A stretch of 64,000 nucleotides of DNA. Source: an uncultured Nitrososphaeria archaeon. GTDB lineage: Archaea > Thermoproteota > Nitrososphaeria > JACIWG01. This document shows, piece by piece, positions 45,442 through 55,624 of this stretch (the first letter of the stretch is position 1; every line of letters starts with the position of its first letter). The DNA lies in contig CAYUWR010000010.1 of the NCBI GenBank assembly GCA_964448685.1, forward strand, positions 1,144 to 65,143, in the 5' to 3' direction. The position numbers and the translations under genes are program-made. The notes beneath the pieces are model-generated. The model was not told the DNA's origin and ran no database searches. It saw only the letters and a program-made list of their open reading frames with translations.

Positions 45442-46368
45442 TTGGACCTGATTGAATGTTTGATGAAGAATGGCTACGACGGAAGAATCGTGCCAGTCGA
45501 TTACATGAGCCGATTGGTAGAAGATATAGAGTGTTTACATAGGACAGGGGTATTGTATGAGCCCTTATATCGCGAATACTTGGCTCATCTCATATGTGGT
45601 AGGCTGTACAGTCCCTCTGATGCGAGGTCTATGATCATAATATCGATCCCGCAGCCCATAACATGGATTATTTTCCGTTATAGAGGTGAATCGGTAGAGG
45701 CAGCCATACCTCCAACATATGTCGGCCAAAGCAAGGTTGCCTCAAACGTTTGGAGGTTGCTTAGAGGAAGTTTGCCTGAGCACAACTTCATCAAGGCTAG
45801 GGTGCCCTTGAAGAGCCTTGCAGTACATAGTGGCCTAGCATTATATGGACGAAACAACATAACTTATACACCTAGATCAGGAAGTTTCCATCGATTGGTC
45901 GCCTTTGCCACCAACTGCCAATCTCAAGATAGTCTGTGGAGACAACATGAATGCCTTCCAAGATGCCAAGACTGCCAACTATGTATCGAAGCCTGCCCGA
46001 CAGGTGCAATATCAAAGGATAGGTTCTTGATCAGAGCCGAAAGATGCATAGCTTTCCATAATGAGAAGAGCGCTGAACATCCTTTCCCAAAGTGGCTTGA
46101 CCCATCATGGCATAACGCTATCGTGGGATGCATGCATTGCCAGACGGTTTGCCCCCAGAACAAAGAGGCGCTCAGCTGGCGTCGATATGGAGGAGAATTC
46201 GATGAAGAGGAAACCGAATACCTTCTCAGGGGAAGATTCTGCGGTGCAGAGGCTTCAAGAATCGAAAGAAAGTTGAAGAAGGTTGGCTTAGACCTGACCA
46301 TATTTCCGAGAAACCTACGGTACCTTTTGAAAGGGAAAGCCTATGGGAATGTAGTAGACCAGATATAA
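45442..46368 (+). CDS. Epoxyqueuosine-reductase (QueG)/reductive-dehalogenase-like 4Fe-4S protein
   Basis: 308 aa. CQDCQLCIEACPTGAI and CMHCQTVCPQN ferredoxin-type motifs within a QueG-like framework. TTG start. Confidence 0.6.
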   Translation: MDLIECLMKNGYDGRIVPVDYMSRLVEDIECLHRTGVLYEPLYREYLAHLICGRLYSPSDARSMIIISIPQPITWIIFRYRGESVEAAIPPTYVGQSKVASNVWRLLRGSLPEHNFIKARVPLKSLAVHSGLALYGRNNITYTPRSGSFHRLVAFATNCQSQDSLWRQHECLPRCQDCQLCIEACPTGAISKDRFLIRAERCIAFHNEKSAEHPFPKWLDPSWHNAIVGCMHCQTVCPQNKEALSWRRYGGEFDEEETEYLLRGRFCGAEASRIERKLKKVGLDLTIFPRNLRYLLKGKAYGNVVDQI

Positions 46369-46447
46369 TACCATGGTGAAGACTTGCTGGGAACTCCTAC
46401 GTCGACAACGATTAGACGTTCTTGAGCCAATCCTCATCCCAAGAATA

Positions 46448-48433
46448 TCAGGTCTCCAATTCGCTGGCGACATCCTTAAGACCGAGTGATTCCAGCTTCT
46501 CTCTCGTCGGAGCCCCTGTTCTCTTATCCCATCCTCTGCGTTCGTAGTATCTGTCAAGTAGGGCGGAGAACCTGCTCAAATCAAGCGTCTGAATCTCGTT
46601 TCGGTGCATCGAAGGCTGCTCCTTGAAATAGTCTGTGACACTTTCGTCGTCTTTTCTTGTTCTACCCTGCCTGACATGTAAGGCCCTTAGGACGTTGACA
46701 CATCTTTCAGCCGACGTCAGCATTTCTTCCAGCGTCCAACTGTTTCCTGTGACTGCATTGAACAGTCTCACTTCCGCCTCATAGTCTCCCACCATATCTG
46801 GTGTCGCTGTCGTCCAAGTCATAGGAAACATCCAGTCGCAAACTGGCAGGCTGGTCTTCATCATACTTCTATGTTGATGATAGATTGCGACAATTTCCTT
46901 ATCCTTGTATCCCAGTTCCAAGTCATTTCCCCATCCGCTGAATGCGTCTTCTGTACCATAGACCTTCTGTCCTATCACCTTAAGCTGACTGTATGGCACC
47001 GGCCCCCTCCCCCATTCCCTGACCGCGTTGTAGTAACCTTCGACCGCGCAGTGGGTTGAATTGAATGGATCCCTTCCCCAGGTCGCCCAAAGGAGAGCGC
47101 TTATGACCCACAGCGGGTAACTTATAAAGTGAAGATATCTTCCATCCCAATGTGGGCCGTAGCCATGCTTGTGCGTCCTCCACACCATATCCTTTAAGCC
47201 GAGTTTTTCTGCAGCCCTAGGGGATCCTTCGGCGAAGACGTCTCCATCTCCAATCCTGTAAGCGATCGCCCTGATGAATTTAGCAGCAAGTGATTGAGTG
47301 AATCCCGTCCAAGCCTGCGACTTGGGAAAGACGGCGGGCCCATTTTTGTTGAGGGTCAGCTTTTCTCCCATAAGCTCAGTCAGCCTCCCGTCATTATAGC
47401 AGTTTTGGATGAACCAGTTCATTCCAGCGAAGAGCTCCCAGTGGTTCAAGCCAAGCATGTCAGCCAGCTTGTTGAATTCGAAGGCTTCTTCCTTGTCGTC
47501 CCAATCGTTGTCAAGGAGCAAAGGTGCGCTGCGGCCGACGCAGTGCATATCTCCTGATATCATTCCTGTGCCAGTCCAACGTTGCTGGACACCTTCATAG
47601 TAGTCTGGAAAGGCGTCAGTGTTCATCATGCATTCTCCACATGAAGTGCATCCGCTGTGTTTTCTGGTGGTGTAGCGTCCTCTGCGGTCAGAATCGGATA
47701 GTGGCCTCAACACTCCAGTGCCCTTGGGACAGCCTTTAGGCAGCTCCGAAGCAATCTTCTTCACCTCCTCTATCAAGACGTCAGGTCTAGCGACTCTAAC
47801 CCTTTCGCTTCCCTTGACGACCACTGCCTTAAGGTTCTTTGACCCCATTACCGCCCCAAAGCCACCTTGACCAGCTACATTCTCTGTCTTTGTCAAGATC
47901 ACTGCAAGCCTCACAAGGTTCTCTCCTGCTGGGCCTATGGTCGCTATCGCACAATCTGCTCCATGCTTCCTCATGAGCAACTGCTGCGTCTTGATCGTGT
48001 AGAGACCCCATAGTGATGAGCCGTCCAATAGTTCGACATCGCCATCGTGAACGTAGACGTAGCTAGGGCGATCGGATCTGCCAACAAACATTATAGCATC
48101 ATAGCCTGCCAACTTCATCTTCATGGCGAAGTCTCCGCCGAATCCTGAGTCGGTGACCCAACATATGGGATAGGATTGTGGAGCCATGCATGCAACCTCA
48201 GTCCGTCCTGATGAAGGTGCCGGGGTTCCCGCAAGCGGGCCTGTGGAGAAGATTAAGGGCGCCTCTGGATCAAATTCCTTGGGAACCGGTTTACCTGACA
48301 ACTCATCCCACATCAGCTTCAAGGCCATCCCATATCCTCCTATGAATTCTGGAACATATTTCTCAGTGTCTATCTCGCCTATTTCACCATCTGACAGATC
48401 CACTCTTAATATCTTCCCCATCCAGCCGTTCAT
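46448..48433 (-). CDS. Aldehyde:ferredoxin oxidoreductase (AOR) family tungsto/molybdopterin enzyme
   Basis: 661 aa. MGKILRVDLSDGEI...FIGGYGMALKLMWDE...STGPLAGT...; AOR N-terminal and catalytic domains. Confidence 0.88.
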   Translation of the reverse strand: MNGWMGKILRVDLSDGEIGEIDTEKYVPEFIGGYGMALKLMWDELSGKPVPKEFDPEAPLIFSTGPLAGTPAPSSGRTEVACMAPQSYPICWVTDSGFGGDFAMKMKLAGYDAIMFVGRSDRPSYVYVHDGDVELLDGSSLWGLYTIKTQQLLMRKHGADCAIATIGPAGENLVRLAVILTKTENVAGQGGFGAVMGSKNLKAVVVKGSERVRVARPDVLIEEVKKIASELPKGCPKGTGVLRPLSDSDRRGRYTTRKHSGCTSCGECMMNTDAFPDYYEGVQQRWTGTGMISGDMHCVGRSAPLLLDNDWDDKEEAFEFNKLADMLGLNHWELFAGMNWFIQNCYNDGRLTELMGEKLTLNKNGPAVFPKSQAWTGFTQSLAAKFIRAIAYRIGDGDVFAEGSPRAAEKLGLKDMVWRTHKHGYGPHWDGRYLHFISYPLWVISALLWATWGRDPFNSTHCAVEGYYNAVREWGRGPVPYSQLKVIGQKVYGTEDAFSGWGNDLELGYKDKEIVAIYHQHRSMMKTSLPVCDWMFPMTWTTATPDMVGDYEAEVRLFNAVTGNSWTLEEMLTSAERCVNVLRALHVRQGRTRKDDESVTDYFKEQPSMHRNEIQTLDLSRFSALLDRYYERRGWDKRTGAPTREKLESLGLKDVASELET

Positions 48434-48439
48434 GCCTAC

Positions 48440-49093
48440 TTACTTCCTCTCCACACTTGTTACCAAGGTCAGAGCCTTACCTGCCCCAGCCTCGGAGCAG
48501 ACTTCCACACAGACTGGACCTCCCTGCCTGTCCTTGCATAGGTCACATTTGAACGAAACCTTCCTTTGCGGGTCAAAGCCTATCCTTGACGGAGTAAGCG
48601 GACAGGCCCTAATGCAGGACTGGCATCCTACACATTCGTCTGCATTTATGTATCTGGCTCCAGTCGACTTGTCGATGCAAAGTGCCTGGTCTCTCTTAGG
48701 GCAGGCCCAATAGCATTCTGGATCATCACATTGCCTACAGAACATAGGCTCTTGGATACGTTCTTTGATGTATTCCTCCCTCCACATGATCCTCGAAAGA
48801 TTAATTGACGCAGCCCCCTCATGGACCAAGGCGCAGGCGAGGACACATCTTTCACAGCCAACACATTTCTCGTGAGAGTATTCGATTACACCCGATCTTT
48901 GAGGCTTGGGCAGAGGAGCCCCAGATACGCTAGAAGTCTGCGAGACAGTTACGGTCGTGGTCTTTTCAGCGGCTGGAGGCTTAAGTACTGTCGCAATACC
49001 TGATGTGGCAGCCACACCAACCGCAGCCCCTGTCCCCAGGCCCTGCAGAAACCTCCTCCTAGAAAGTGCCTTTTCCTTGTCTTCCTCAGACAT
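48440..49093 (-). CDS. Tat-signal 4x[4Fe-4S] ferredoxin-like subunit (DmsB/YdhX-like)
   Basis: 217 aa. Twin-arginine motif SRRRFLQGLGTGAAVG, then a Thr/Ser-rich linker, then CVGCERCVLAC, CRQCDDPEC, CVGCQSCIRACP and CDLC... clusters. GGTGA SD. Confidence 0.85.
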   Translation of the reverse strand: MSEEDKEKALSRRRFLQGLGTGAAVGVAATSGIATVLKPPAAEKTTTVTVSQTSSVSGAPLPKPQRSGVIEYSHEKCVGCERCVLACALVHEGAASINLSRIMWREEYIKERIQEPMFCRQCDDPECYWACPKRDQALCIDKSTGARYINADECVGCQSCIRACPLTPSRIGFDPQRKVSFKCDLCKDRQGGPVCVEVCSEAGAGKALTLVTSVERK

Positions 49094-49207
49094 TCACTTC
49101 ACCAAAGCACACTCACTTTAGAGAGCCTTAAAGGTGTATCGGAAGGCTTTGAGCTGGAGGAAGACCTTGAGCCTTTTCAATATCCCAAATATTGGATTAT
49201 TGCAGTA

Positions 49208-50422
49208 TCATTTCGGCACATCTGGGTTGCCTGGTCCGAAGTGTTTGAGAATGACCAGGTTTTCTTTGCCACTTTCGTTCACTATCTCCACCCCTTCTCT
49301 TGCCGCATCAAATGTCACAAAGAGTTCGTCGTTGGTCAGATCGCCGTATCTGATCATGGTCGGCGACTCTACATCAAAGCATCCAAGTCTTCCATGACCT
49401 TGAACGACTATCAAGCCGTATGCTCCGCCGTCACATAACTTCACCTTCTTCTTTGGCAGGACCGTAAGCTCCTTTGCAGAGAATAAGTCCGTTCCATAAG
49501 TGATCCAGTTTTCAATGTAGCCTTCACCCTCCATTTCCTTTCGGCCTCTAACTGGCTTAGGCGCCCTAAAATGGTGTCTCTCAAAGTCTGGGTCAAGATT
49601 CAACTCCCAATCGATCAGGTCCACAATATAGTCTAGGTCGTTTCGGCGGTCTACTGGCACATCCTTTACCACCCAATCCCAGGGAATGAGCTTGTCTTCA
49701 ACCTTCGACTGAAACATCGCTGCAACATCCGACGCCCACTGGGGCTCATAGGTCACCAAAGTTCCAGGGGCGTGAAGTATTCCTGCTGGAATCACCCAAC
49801 CCGAGCCAGGCGTAATCCTATAGGCTCTAGAGTATTCGATTATATGATTGTCTCCTTCTTTCCATCGCATGAGGCACTCCTTTATCTTCTCCCTGGTCGT
49901 ACCAGGGCTGAGGCCGAAGAACGTGTATGGAAAACGGCCTTCCACAAAGTTCAGTTGAGTTGGAAAATAGTAGGCTTCAGGCTTAGGTTGCCTATTCACC
50001 AGGCGAGCATGCTCATCCCTCAAGTGTAGGTGAAGTGGTATGGCGTAGAGGTAGTCGTAGATCTTAGAAAAGGTAGGCCACCCCCTATACTTCGCAAACA
50101 TTTCTTTGCCTATGAAGGCTTTTCCGAAGAGTTCGATCCCGTCCTTAAGCAGAACCTTGCAGATTGCGCCATCATCCTCTAACACCATATAGCTCATACC
50201 TTCATCCTCAGGGGTTCCTGGGCCGTTGTCAGCCCGAGCAGTCGAAGCAAACCATCTTTCACAGAAGCCACCTCTTTCGACACCTAAAGCATAGAGATCC
50301 TGTGGCGCAAGCTTCATTCGCCCACCAGGTGGCAAAAATGTTCTGGGCACCCACGCGGGCGCAAGCCTAACAACCCCTTCCCCTTCTTCAAGTGCCTTCA
50401 AGACAACCTTCTCCTTATCCAT
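49208..50422 (-). CDS. Cupin-fold protein resembling class I phosphomannose isomerase
   Basis: 404 aa. VIPAGILHAPGTLVTYEPQWASDV resembles the PMI type I active-site region. Own TATA (GCTTATATACC) about 33 nt upstream. Confidence 0.45.
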   Translation of the reverse strand: MDKEKVVLKALEEGEGVVRLAPAWVPRTFLPPGGRMKLAPQDLYALGVERGGFCERWFASTARADNGPGTPEDEGMSYMVLEDDGAICKVLLKDGIELFGKAFIGKEMFAKYRGWPTFSKIYDYLYAIPLHLHLRDEHARLVNRQPKPEAYYFPTQLNFVEGRFPYTFFGLSPGTTREKIKECLMRWKEGDNHIIEYSRAYRITPGSGWVIPAGILHAPGTLVTYEPQWASDVAAMFQSKVEDKLIPWDWVVKDVPVDRRNDLDYIVDLIDWELNLDPDFERHHFRAPKPVRGRKEMEGEGYIENWITYGTDLFSAKELTVLPKKKVKLCDGGAYGLIVVQGHGRLGCFDVESPTMIRYGDLTNDELFVTFDAAREGVEIVNESGKENLVILKHFGPGNPDVPK

Positions 50423-50526
50423 TTCAATTCAAAAGTTCACAGCTTCAAGTTGGTATATAAGCTTTATCTGGGTCTTAGATCCTATCTCAAACATCAGAAA
50501 GTATCATGACAGCCCTTGTTAGACTA

Positions 50527-51603
50527 CTACAGCGTCCTAAATGAGCTATGCTTCTCATATCTTTTGGCAACCGAAACCATCGCGTCAATATTCCTAAACG
50601 GCGTCCCCGGCGACATCCCTCCGCCTGTCGAAAGCCAGAACTTGCCAGGCCAAGCCATGGAGATGAGCTTCTCACATTCTTCTACGACCTGGCGTTCACT
50701 CATCTTCACGAAGTCAGGAGGATGTATGTTGCCCTGTAGGCAGAAGTGAGTCTTCAAACGACATCGAGCCACATCTTCAGAGGGGCCGAAATGCCACACT
50801 TCAGCATCGATCTTGTCTACTTCCTCAAGCATGTGGCCTACAGCACCCTCATTGTGCCAGACACGCAGTGCACCCTTATATCTGCCAAACACCTTGTTCA
50901 AATATGGGAGAACAAACTCTTGAAACTGCTTCTTCCCCATCATATGAGGTATATGATCTGGAACCCATAAGACCTTGCAAGGCCCAACAACCTCCTCTAT
51001 CGCCCTACAGTACTTCAGATACCAGTCGGTGGCGATCCTGAGCCACCTATGAAGTGAGTCTGGATGAAGGCGCATCCACACAAAGAACTTGTCGTAGCCC
51101 ATCGACAACGCCGCCCCTTCGACGAGTGCACCTGGACAGAGGACACCATCAACATACCCGTATTCTTCCCTAAGGTCTTTCGGGAACCATTCATAGAAAT
51201 ATTCTAACCTCTTGAGGAACTCTGACGCAACACCTGAGGCTGCATCCGGCACACCAGCCTCTTCAATTCTGTCAACATCTTCTGGAACAGCTATTGGATA
51301 GTTGACGACATACGGTGGAGAGTCCTCCATCCATCTTATTTCACCCCCGAAGGCAGTGGGTATCGTTATCATTTCGCCACCTTCTGGATAGCTGCCCATC
51401 CCTATGTTTACGACCGACGGAAACCGACGTTGGAAGGCAACCTTTGACCTAAGCTGCAGCCTAACATCCTGATAATATTCGTATTCTTTGACACCGCCGA
51501 ATCTCTTCAGAACCAACCCATAGACTTGAAGAACCACTGGGACAGCCTCAAAATCCTTTCCCCAGGCGACTGCCAAAGCCTTCTCCCAAACGGTCATAGC
51601 CAT
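50527..51603 (-). CDS. Uroporphyrinogen-decarboxylase (URO-D) family protein, MtaA/CmuA-like methyltransferase type
   Basis: 358 aa. Overall URO-D/TIM-barrel pattern (…VWVPDHIPHMMGKKQFQEFVLPYL…WHNEGAVGHML…). Specific activity not assignable. Confidence 0.6.
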   Translation of the reverse strand: MAMTVWEKALAVAWGKDFEAVPVVLQVYGLVLKRFGGVKEYEYYQDVRLQLRSKVAFQRRFPSVVNIGMGSYPEGGEMITIPTAFGGEIRWMEDSPPYVVNYPIAVPEDVDRIEEAGVPDAASGVASEFLKRLEYFYEWFPKDLREEYGYVDGVLCPGALVEGAALSMGYDKFFVWMRLHPDSLHRWLRIATDWYLKYCRAIEEVVGPCKVLWVPDHIPHMMGKKQFQEFVLPYLNKVFGRYKGALRVWHNEGAVGHMLEEVDKIDAEVWHFGPSEDVARCRLKTHFCLQGNIHPPDFVKMSERQVVEECEKLISMAWPGKFWLSTGGGMSPGTPFRNIDAMVSVAKRYEKHSSFRTL

Positions 51604-51654
51604 CTTCTCGTGAACCGATTTATTTAAGTCTTGAACCTCAAGCAGACTATAGGA

Positions 51655-53079
51655 TCATTTGAGAGAGGAAAAGAAGGCTTCGATGTTGTCCTTCACAGAT
51701 TTCAGCAGCGGGTGCCTTATCTTCTCAGGATTCTTCAGTCGCTCAAGTCGATCCACTCTAAAATAGATAGGTGGATGAGGGTCAAAGCCTATCCATTCCT
51801 GAAACCTGTAGGATGGAGCCCTCTCATAGAGTAGCTTCAGAAACCCTATCTTCCTCAGACCTTCTGCGAGGACCTTAGGCTGGCCGATTCTAGCAGCAGA
51901 CTCCAAGTCAGCCTTGGATTCGAAGAACTTTGCGATAAAGTAGACCATACTGAATGCGATAAAAAGGTAGAAGAAGCCTAAAATCAAAAGGAGAGGCCAG
52001 AGGATGTACACCCTCAAAATGTATTCTGCTGACATCAAGCCGAAAAAGGCCAGCGTGTCTCTGCCCTTCATGTGGCTCAGCTCATGTCCAACTACCCCCA
52101 ATATTTCATCATCTTCAAGTTGCATCAGGAGACCTGTTGTTATCAGCATAACTCCGAACCTTGGACCAGGCCCAGATGCCGCAGCATTTGGCACCGTCGT
52201 GTTTGACACCACTATCTTTGGGATCGGAAGTCTGAACCTCTCAGCGCCCTCTCTGACGATGGCGTACAAGTTGACAACCTTCGCTGAAACACTTTCCGGG
52301 GAACACTCCAATTCATACTTCTTCAAAACCTCTCTTGCCGTCTCACAGTCCAGCGGCCTGCCGACAGCCAAGGTCCTATCATAGATCTCCTTCTTTATTT
52401 TAGCGAACGCATCTTTCCCGAATTTCTGTAAGAAGTTCCTCTGGTCTTCTATTGGAAGCTGATACTGTAGGATGTGGACATTCGGATTCCTCTCGGATAT
52501 CTGCCAGTCAGCGACACGTTCGATGATCTTTCCAGAGAGGAGAACCAAGGCAAACTGTATTATAACAAGCAATATTGGAGTATACGGCCCAAGGATAAAA
52601 AAGAGTATGACACTGAAGGAAATGAAGACTATGTAGAAAAGAAGCATACTCTCTGAAAACAGCCTATATGTTACGTTGTTCTTCTTAGAAGAGAGCCTTT
52701 CAGGTATCACCTGCTCACCTTCAACCCATGTAAAGTATAGGGTGGTCCTTCTAGCCTTCTCTTCAAAGAGTTGGACGCTGATAAAGAGGTCGTCCTTGAG
52801 CTTGTCTACAACCTCCCTAGGCACCAAAGCATCCTTAAAGCTCATCTTCACCTGAATTGGCGCACCAGCCTCGACTTCTACATCAAACGACCACCTTCCA
52901 CCAGGATCGGCTACTGAGAATGTAAGAAAGTGTGTGTGATCGTCTTCGAACATTTCTATGCCGCCAAAGAGCTTGTCCTTCTTCAGATAGTTCTCCACGA
53001 GGAACTTCAGAAGATTCCTGTAATATGACGGCGAAAGCTCCGTGTCTATCGTGAACGTCGAGAGCGGCTCCGAGGACAT
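51655..53079 (-). CDS. M48-family (HtpX/Ste24-like) zinc metalloprotease with extended N-terminal domain
   Basis: 474 aa. HELSHMKGRD zinc motif flanked by TM helices. About 130 aa of N-terminal soluble domain of unknown type. Confidence 0.75.
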   Translation of the reverse strand: MSSEPLSTFTIDTELSPSYYRNLLKFLVENYLKKDKLFGGIEMFEDDHTHFLTFSVADPGGRWSFDVEVEAGAPIQVKMSFKDALVPREVVDKLKDDLFISVQLFEEKARRTTLYFTWVEGEQVIPERLSSKKNNVTYRLFSESMLLFYIVFISFSVILFFILGPYTPILLVIIQFALVLLSGKIIERVADWQISERNPNVHILQYQLPIEDQRNFLQKFGKDAFAKIKKEIYDRTLAVGRPLDCETAREVLKKYELECSPESVSAKVVNLYAIVREGAERFRLPIPKIVVSNTTVPNAAASGPGPRFGVMLITTGLLMQLEDDEILGVVGHELSHMKGRDTLAFFGLMSAEYILRVYILWPLLLILGFFYLFIAFSMVYFIAKFFESKADLESAARIGQPKVLAEGLRKIGFLKLLYERAPSYRFQEWIGFDPHPPIYFRVDRLERLKNPEKIRHPLLKSVKDNIEAFFSSLK

Positions 53080-53188
53080 AAGTGAACCTAGAAGACGGAC
53101 AAGTTGATTTAAACCTTTCTCAACACTTCAGCCGTCACTATCTCCAGTTGACAAAGCCTTTTAAAAGCAGCAAAATTAGGCGACATAC

Positions 53189-53941
53189 ATGCCATACCAC
53201 AAGCCACACAATCCGACTGCGGGGCTCAATCAGGCAACAGAGGGCACCGCCATCTTCATCGACCTAGACGGTACCATAATGAAGTTTCCATTCAAACGCA
53301 AGATCCTATCTTATGCAATAAGGGAGCTATCAGAGCAGACAAAGACAAGCCCGCTCAAGATAAAGGGTATGCTGATGGACAAAGAGTATGCTCGAGAAAA
53401 AAGCTTGAGCGATCGAAGATACGACTGGGACGACATTGTGAGGGAGGTAGCAAGAGAATTGGGCGCAGAATGGAAACACGATCTAGGCAAGATCGCAGAA
53501 GAATCCAGCATATCAAACAGCTTCATATACCCTCGAACAAAGAGGACACTCAGAGGCCTTCGAAAGATGGGGTATATACTTTATGCGGCAACAAACGGCC
53601 TCTACAGATACCAGAACCCCATACTTGAGAAACTCGACCTCAGAAAATACTTTGATTACATAATAGCACCTGACAAAGATGGCTACTACAAGAATGAAAA
53701 TGAGTTCTTTAGACCTTATGTGCCGAAACAAGGCTTCTCGGTCATGGTTGGAGACGAATACGGCTACGACGTCTACTACCCCAAAAAGTTTGGGTTGAAG
53801 GCAGTGCTATTGAGGAGACCTCAAAATTATAGGTGGAGCCTTGAGGGCGCTACACCAGTTGGAAGTGATGCAGAAGAACCGGATGCGATAATATACGATA
53901 TATCAGAGCTGCCTAGAGCGCTCAAGAAGATACTGACCTAA
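53189..53941 (+). CDS. HAD-superfamily hydrolase
   Basis: 250 aa. FIDLDGTIM (motif I), AATNG (II), VMVGDEYGYDV (IV). TATA about 26 nt upstream. Confidence 0.75.
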   Translation: MPYHKPHNPTAGLNQATEGTAIFIDLDGTIMKFPFKRKILSYAIRELSEQTKTSPLKIKGMLMDKEYAREKSLSDRRYDWDDIVREVARELGAEWKHDLGKIAEESSISNSFIYPRTKRTLRGLRKMGYILYAATNGLYRYQNPILEKLDLRKYFDYIIAPDKDGYYKNENEFFRPYVPKQGFSVMVGDEYGYDVYYPKKFGLKAVLLRRPQNYRWSLEGATPVGSDAEEPDAIIYDISELPRALKKILT

Positions 53942-54012
53942 AAGAAACACGTGAACGTTGGAAATTCTTAATTATAGTCGCACAGGTAACATCTGACACA
54001 GTAGATGATGGT

Positions 54013-54909
54013 ATGATGGAGATGAAGATCGGATTTATCGGCTTAGGATTGATGGGGAAGCCAATGGCAATAAACCTCATCAAAGCAGGATATCCCTTGA
54101 CGGTCTGGAATAGAACCACCTCAAAGATGACGGAACTCTTGGCTCTAGGCGCAAAGGGAGCAAGGTCGCCAAAGGAGGTAGCTGAAAACTCTGATACTGT
54201 GATAACAATGTTGACAGATTCACCTGACGTTGAACAGGTTGTACTCGGCCCAGATGGAATAATAGAAGCCGCAAAAGAAGGAATGGTCCTAATAGATATG
54301 AGTACAATCTCGCCACAGACGACAAGAAAGATAGCTGAGGAGCTATCTCGAAAAGGCGTGGAAATGCTTGACGCCCCTGTTACAGGAGGCCAGATCGGCG
54401 CAATAAATGCAACCTTATCTATCATGGTCGGAGGAAAAGAAGAGGTCTACGAGAAATGCAGGCCAATCTTTCAAACCCTAGGAAAGAAGGTTACCTACAT
54501 GGGCACCCATGGAAGCGGGCAGATAACAAAACTCTGTAACCAGATAATGTGCGTGCTAAACATCCAAGGAATCTGCGAAGGCCTTATGCTGGGTGCCAAA
54601 GCGGGACTGGACTTAAACAAGCTGATCGAAGTCTTAACAGGTGGGGCTGCAAACTCTTGGCAGCTCGCCAACCTAGGACCAAAGATCGTCAAAGGAGACC
54701 TTGAACCAGGATTCAAAATCAAGACCCAACAGAAGGATCTGAGACTCGTACTTGAAACCGCCGCAGAATACAGCCTTCCCCTTCCAGGCACAGCCCTAGT
54801 CAACCAAATATTGAGGATCGCTGAAGCCGAAGGCTACTCAGAGAAGGGAACCCAGGCAGCGATCAAAGCAATGGAGAAGATTTCAGGATACAGGGTCACT
54901 CCCACCTAA
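54013..54909 (+). CDS. NAD(P)-dependent beta-hydroxyacid dehydrogenase (3-hydroxyisobutyrate / 2-hydroxy-3-oxopropionate reductase family)
   Basis: 298 aa. KIGFIGLGLMGKPMAINLIKAGYPLTVWNRT...DAPVTGG... Confidence 0.82.
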   Translation: MMEMKIGFIGLGLMGKPMAINLIKAGYPLTVWNRTTSKMTELLALGAKGARSPKEVAENSDTVITMLTDSPDVEQVVLGPDGIIEAAKEGMVLIDMSTISPQTTRKIAEELSRKGVEMLDAPVTGGQIGAINATLSIMVGGKEEVYEKCRPIFQTLGKKVTYMGTHGSGQITKLCNQIMCVLNIQGICEGLMLGAKAGLDLNKLIEVLTGGAANSWQLANLGPKIVKGDLEPGFKIKTQQKDLRLVLETAAEYSLPLPGTALVNQILRIAEAEGYSEKGTQAAIKAMEKISGYRVTPT

Positions 54910-55075
54910 ATCGAACCAGTCAAGAAAGCATCATCATGCCTTATCAGGGGCATTAGTCAGCGTCGACATCAATGCAGCCTAGCAGAAGTCGGCCGCAGAC
55001 CGTTGAAACCCAATCAAACGAAAAATTATATATCAGAGACCATTGAGACCCTATTGCTTTAAAGGAGTGGTTTTG

Positions 55076-55624
55076 ATGAGCGAGGAAAAAAGCACATCTC
55101 AGAGAAGGATATCGCGGTTGGAGAAGTTGACAAGAGAACTTGAAGAAGAAAAGAGGCGATCAGACGAGTACCTGACACGTCTCAAATATATGCAGGCAGA
55201 CTTTGAAAACTACAGAAAGAGGGTTGACAGGCAGATAGAGGATATCAAGAGATATTCAAATGAACGCCTTGTCTCAGACCTCTTGGAGACCGTAGACGAA
55301 CTGGAGATGGCCATCAAAGCGGCAAGAACATCAAACTCCATCGAGGTGCTGATTCAGGGAGTTGAGATGTCATTGAGGAAGATTCAGAAGATTCTAGCAA
55401 ACGAAGGGGTGACGCCGATAGAAACTATCGGGAAACCATTTGACCCAACAAGACACAGCTCAGTCGCCACCATCGAAAAAGAGGGGGTGGAAGAAGGTAC
55501 AATAGTGGAGGAAATTAGAAAAGGATATATTATGAAGGATAAGGTGATTAGGCCGAGTATTGTCAAGGTGGCAGTCAAGCCATGCCAAAAACCCGAAACT
55601 CTACAAGGTGGTTCAAATGAGTAA
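55076..55624 (+). CDS. grpE: Nucleotide exchange factor GrpE
   Basis: ATG 55076 with GGAG 8 nt upstream. [21 protein letters not shown]...FDPTRHSSV...[16 protein letters not shown]. Confidence 0.9.
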   Translation: MSEEKSTSQRRISRLEKLTRELEEEKRRSDEYLTRLKYMQADFENYRKRVDRQIEDIKRYSNERLVSDLLETVDELEMAIKAARTSNSIEVLIQGVEMSLRKIQKILANEGVTPIETIGKPFDPTRHSSVATIEKEGVEEGTIVEEIRKGYIMKDKVIRPSIVKVAVKPCQKPETLQGGSNE

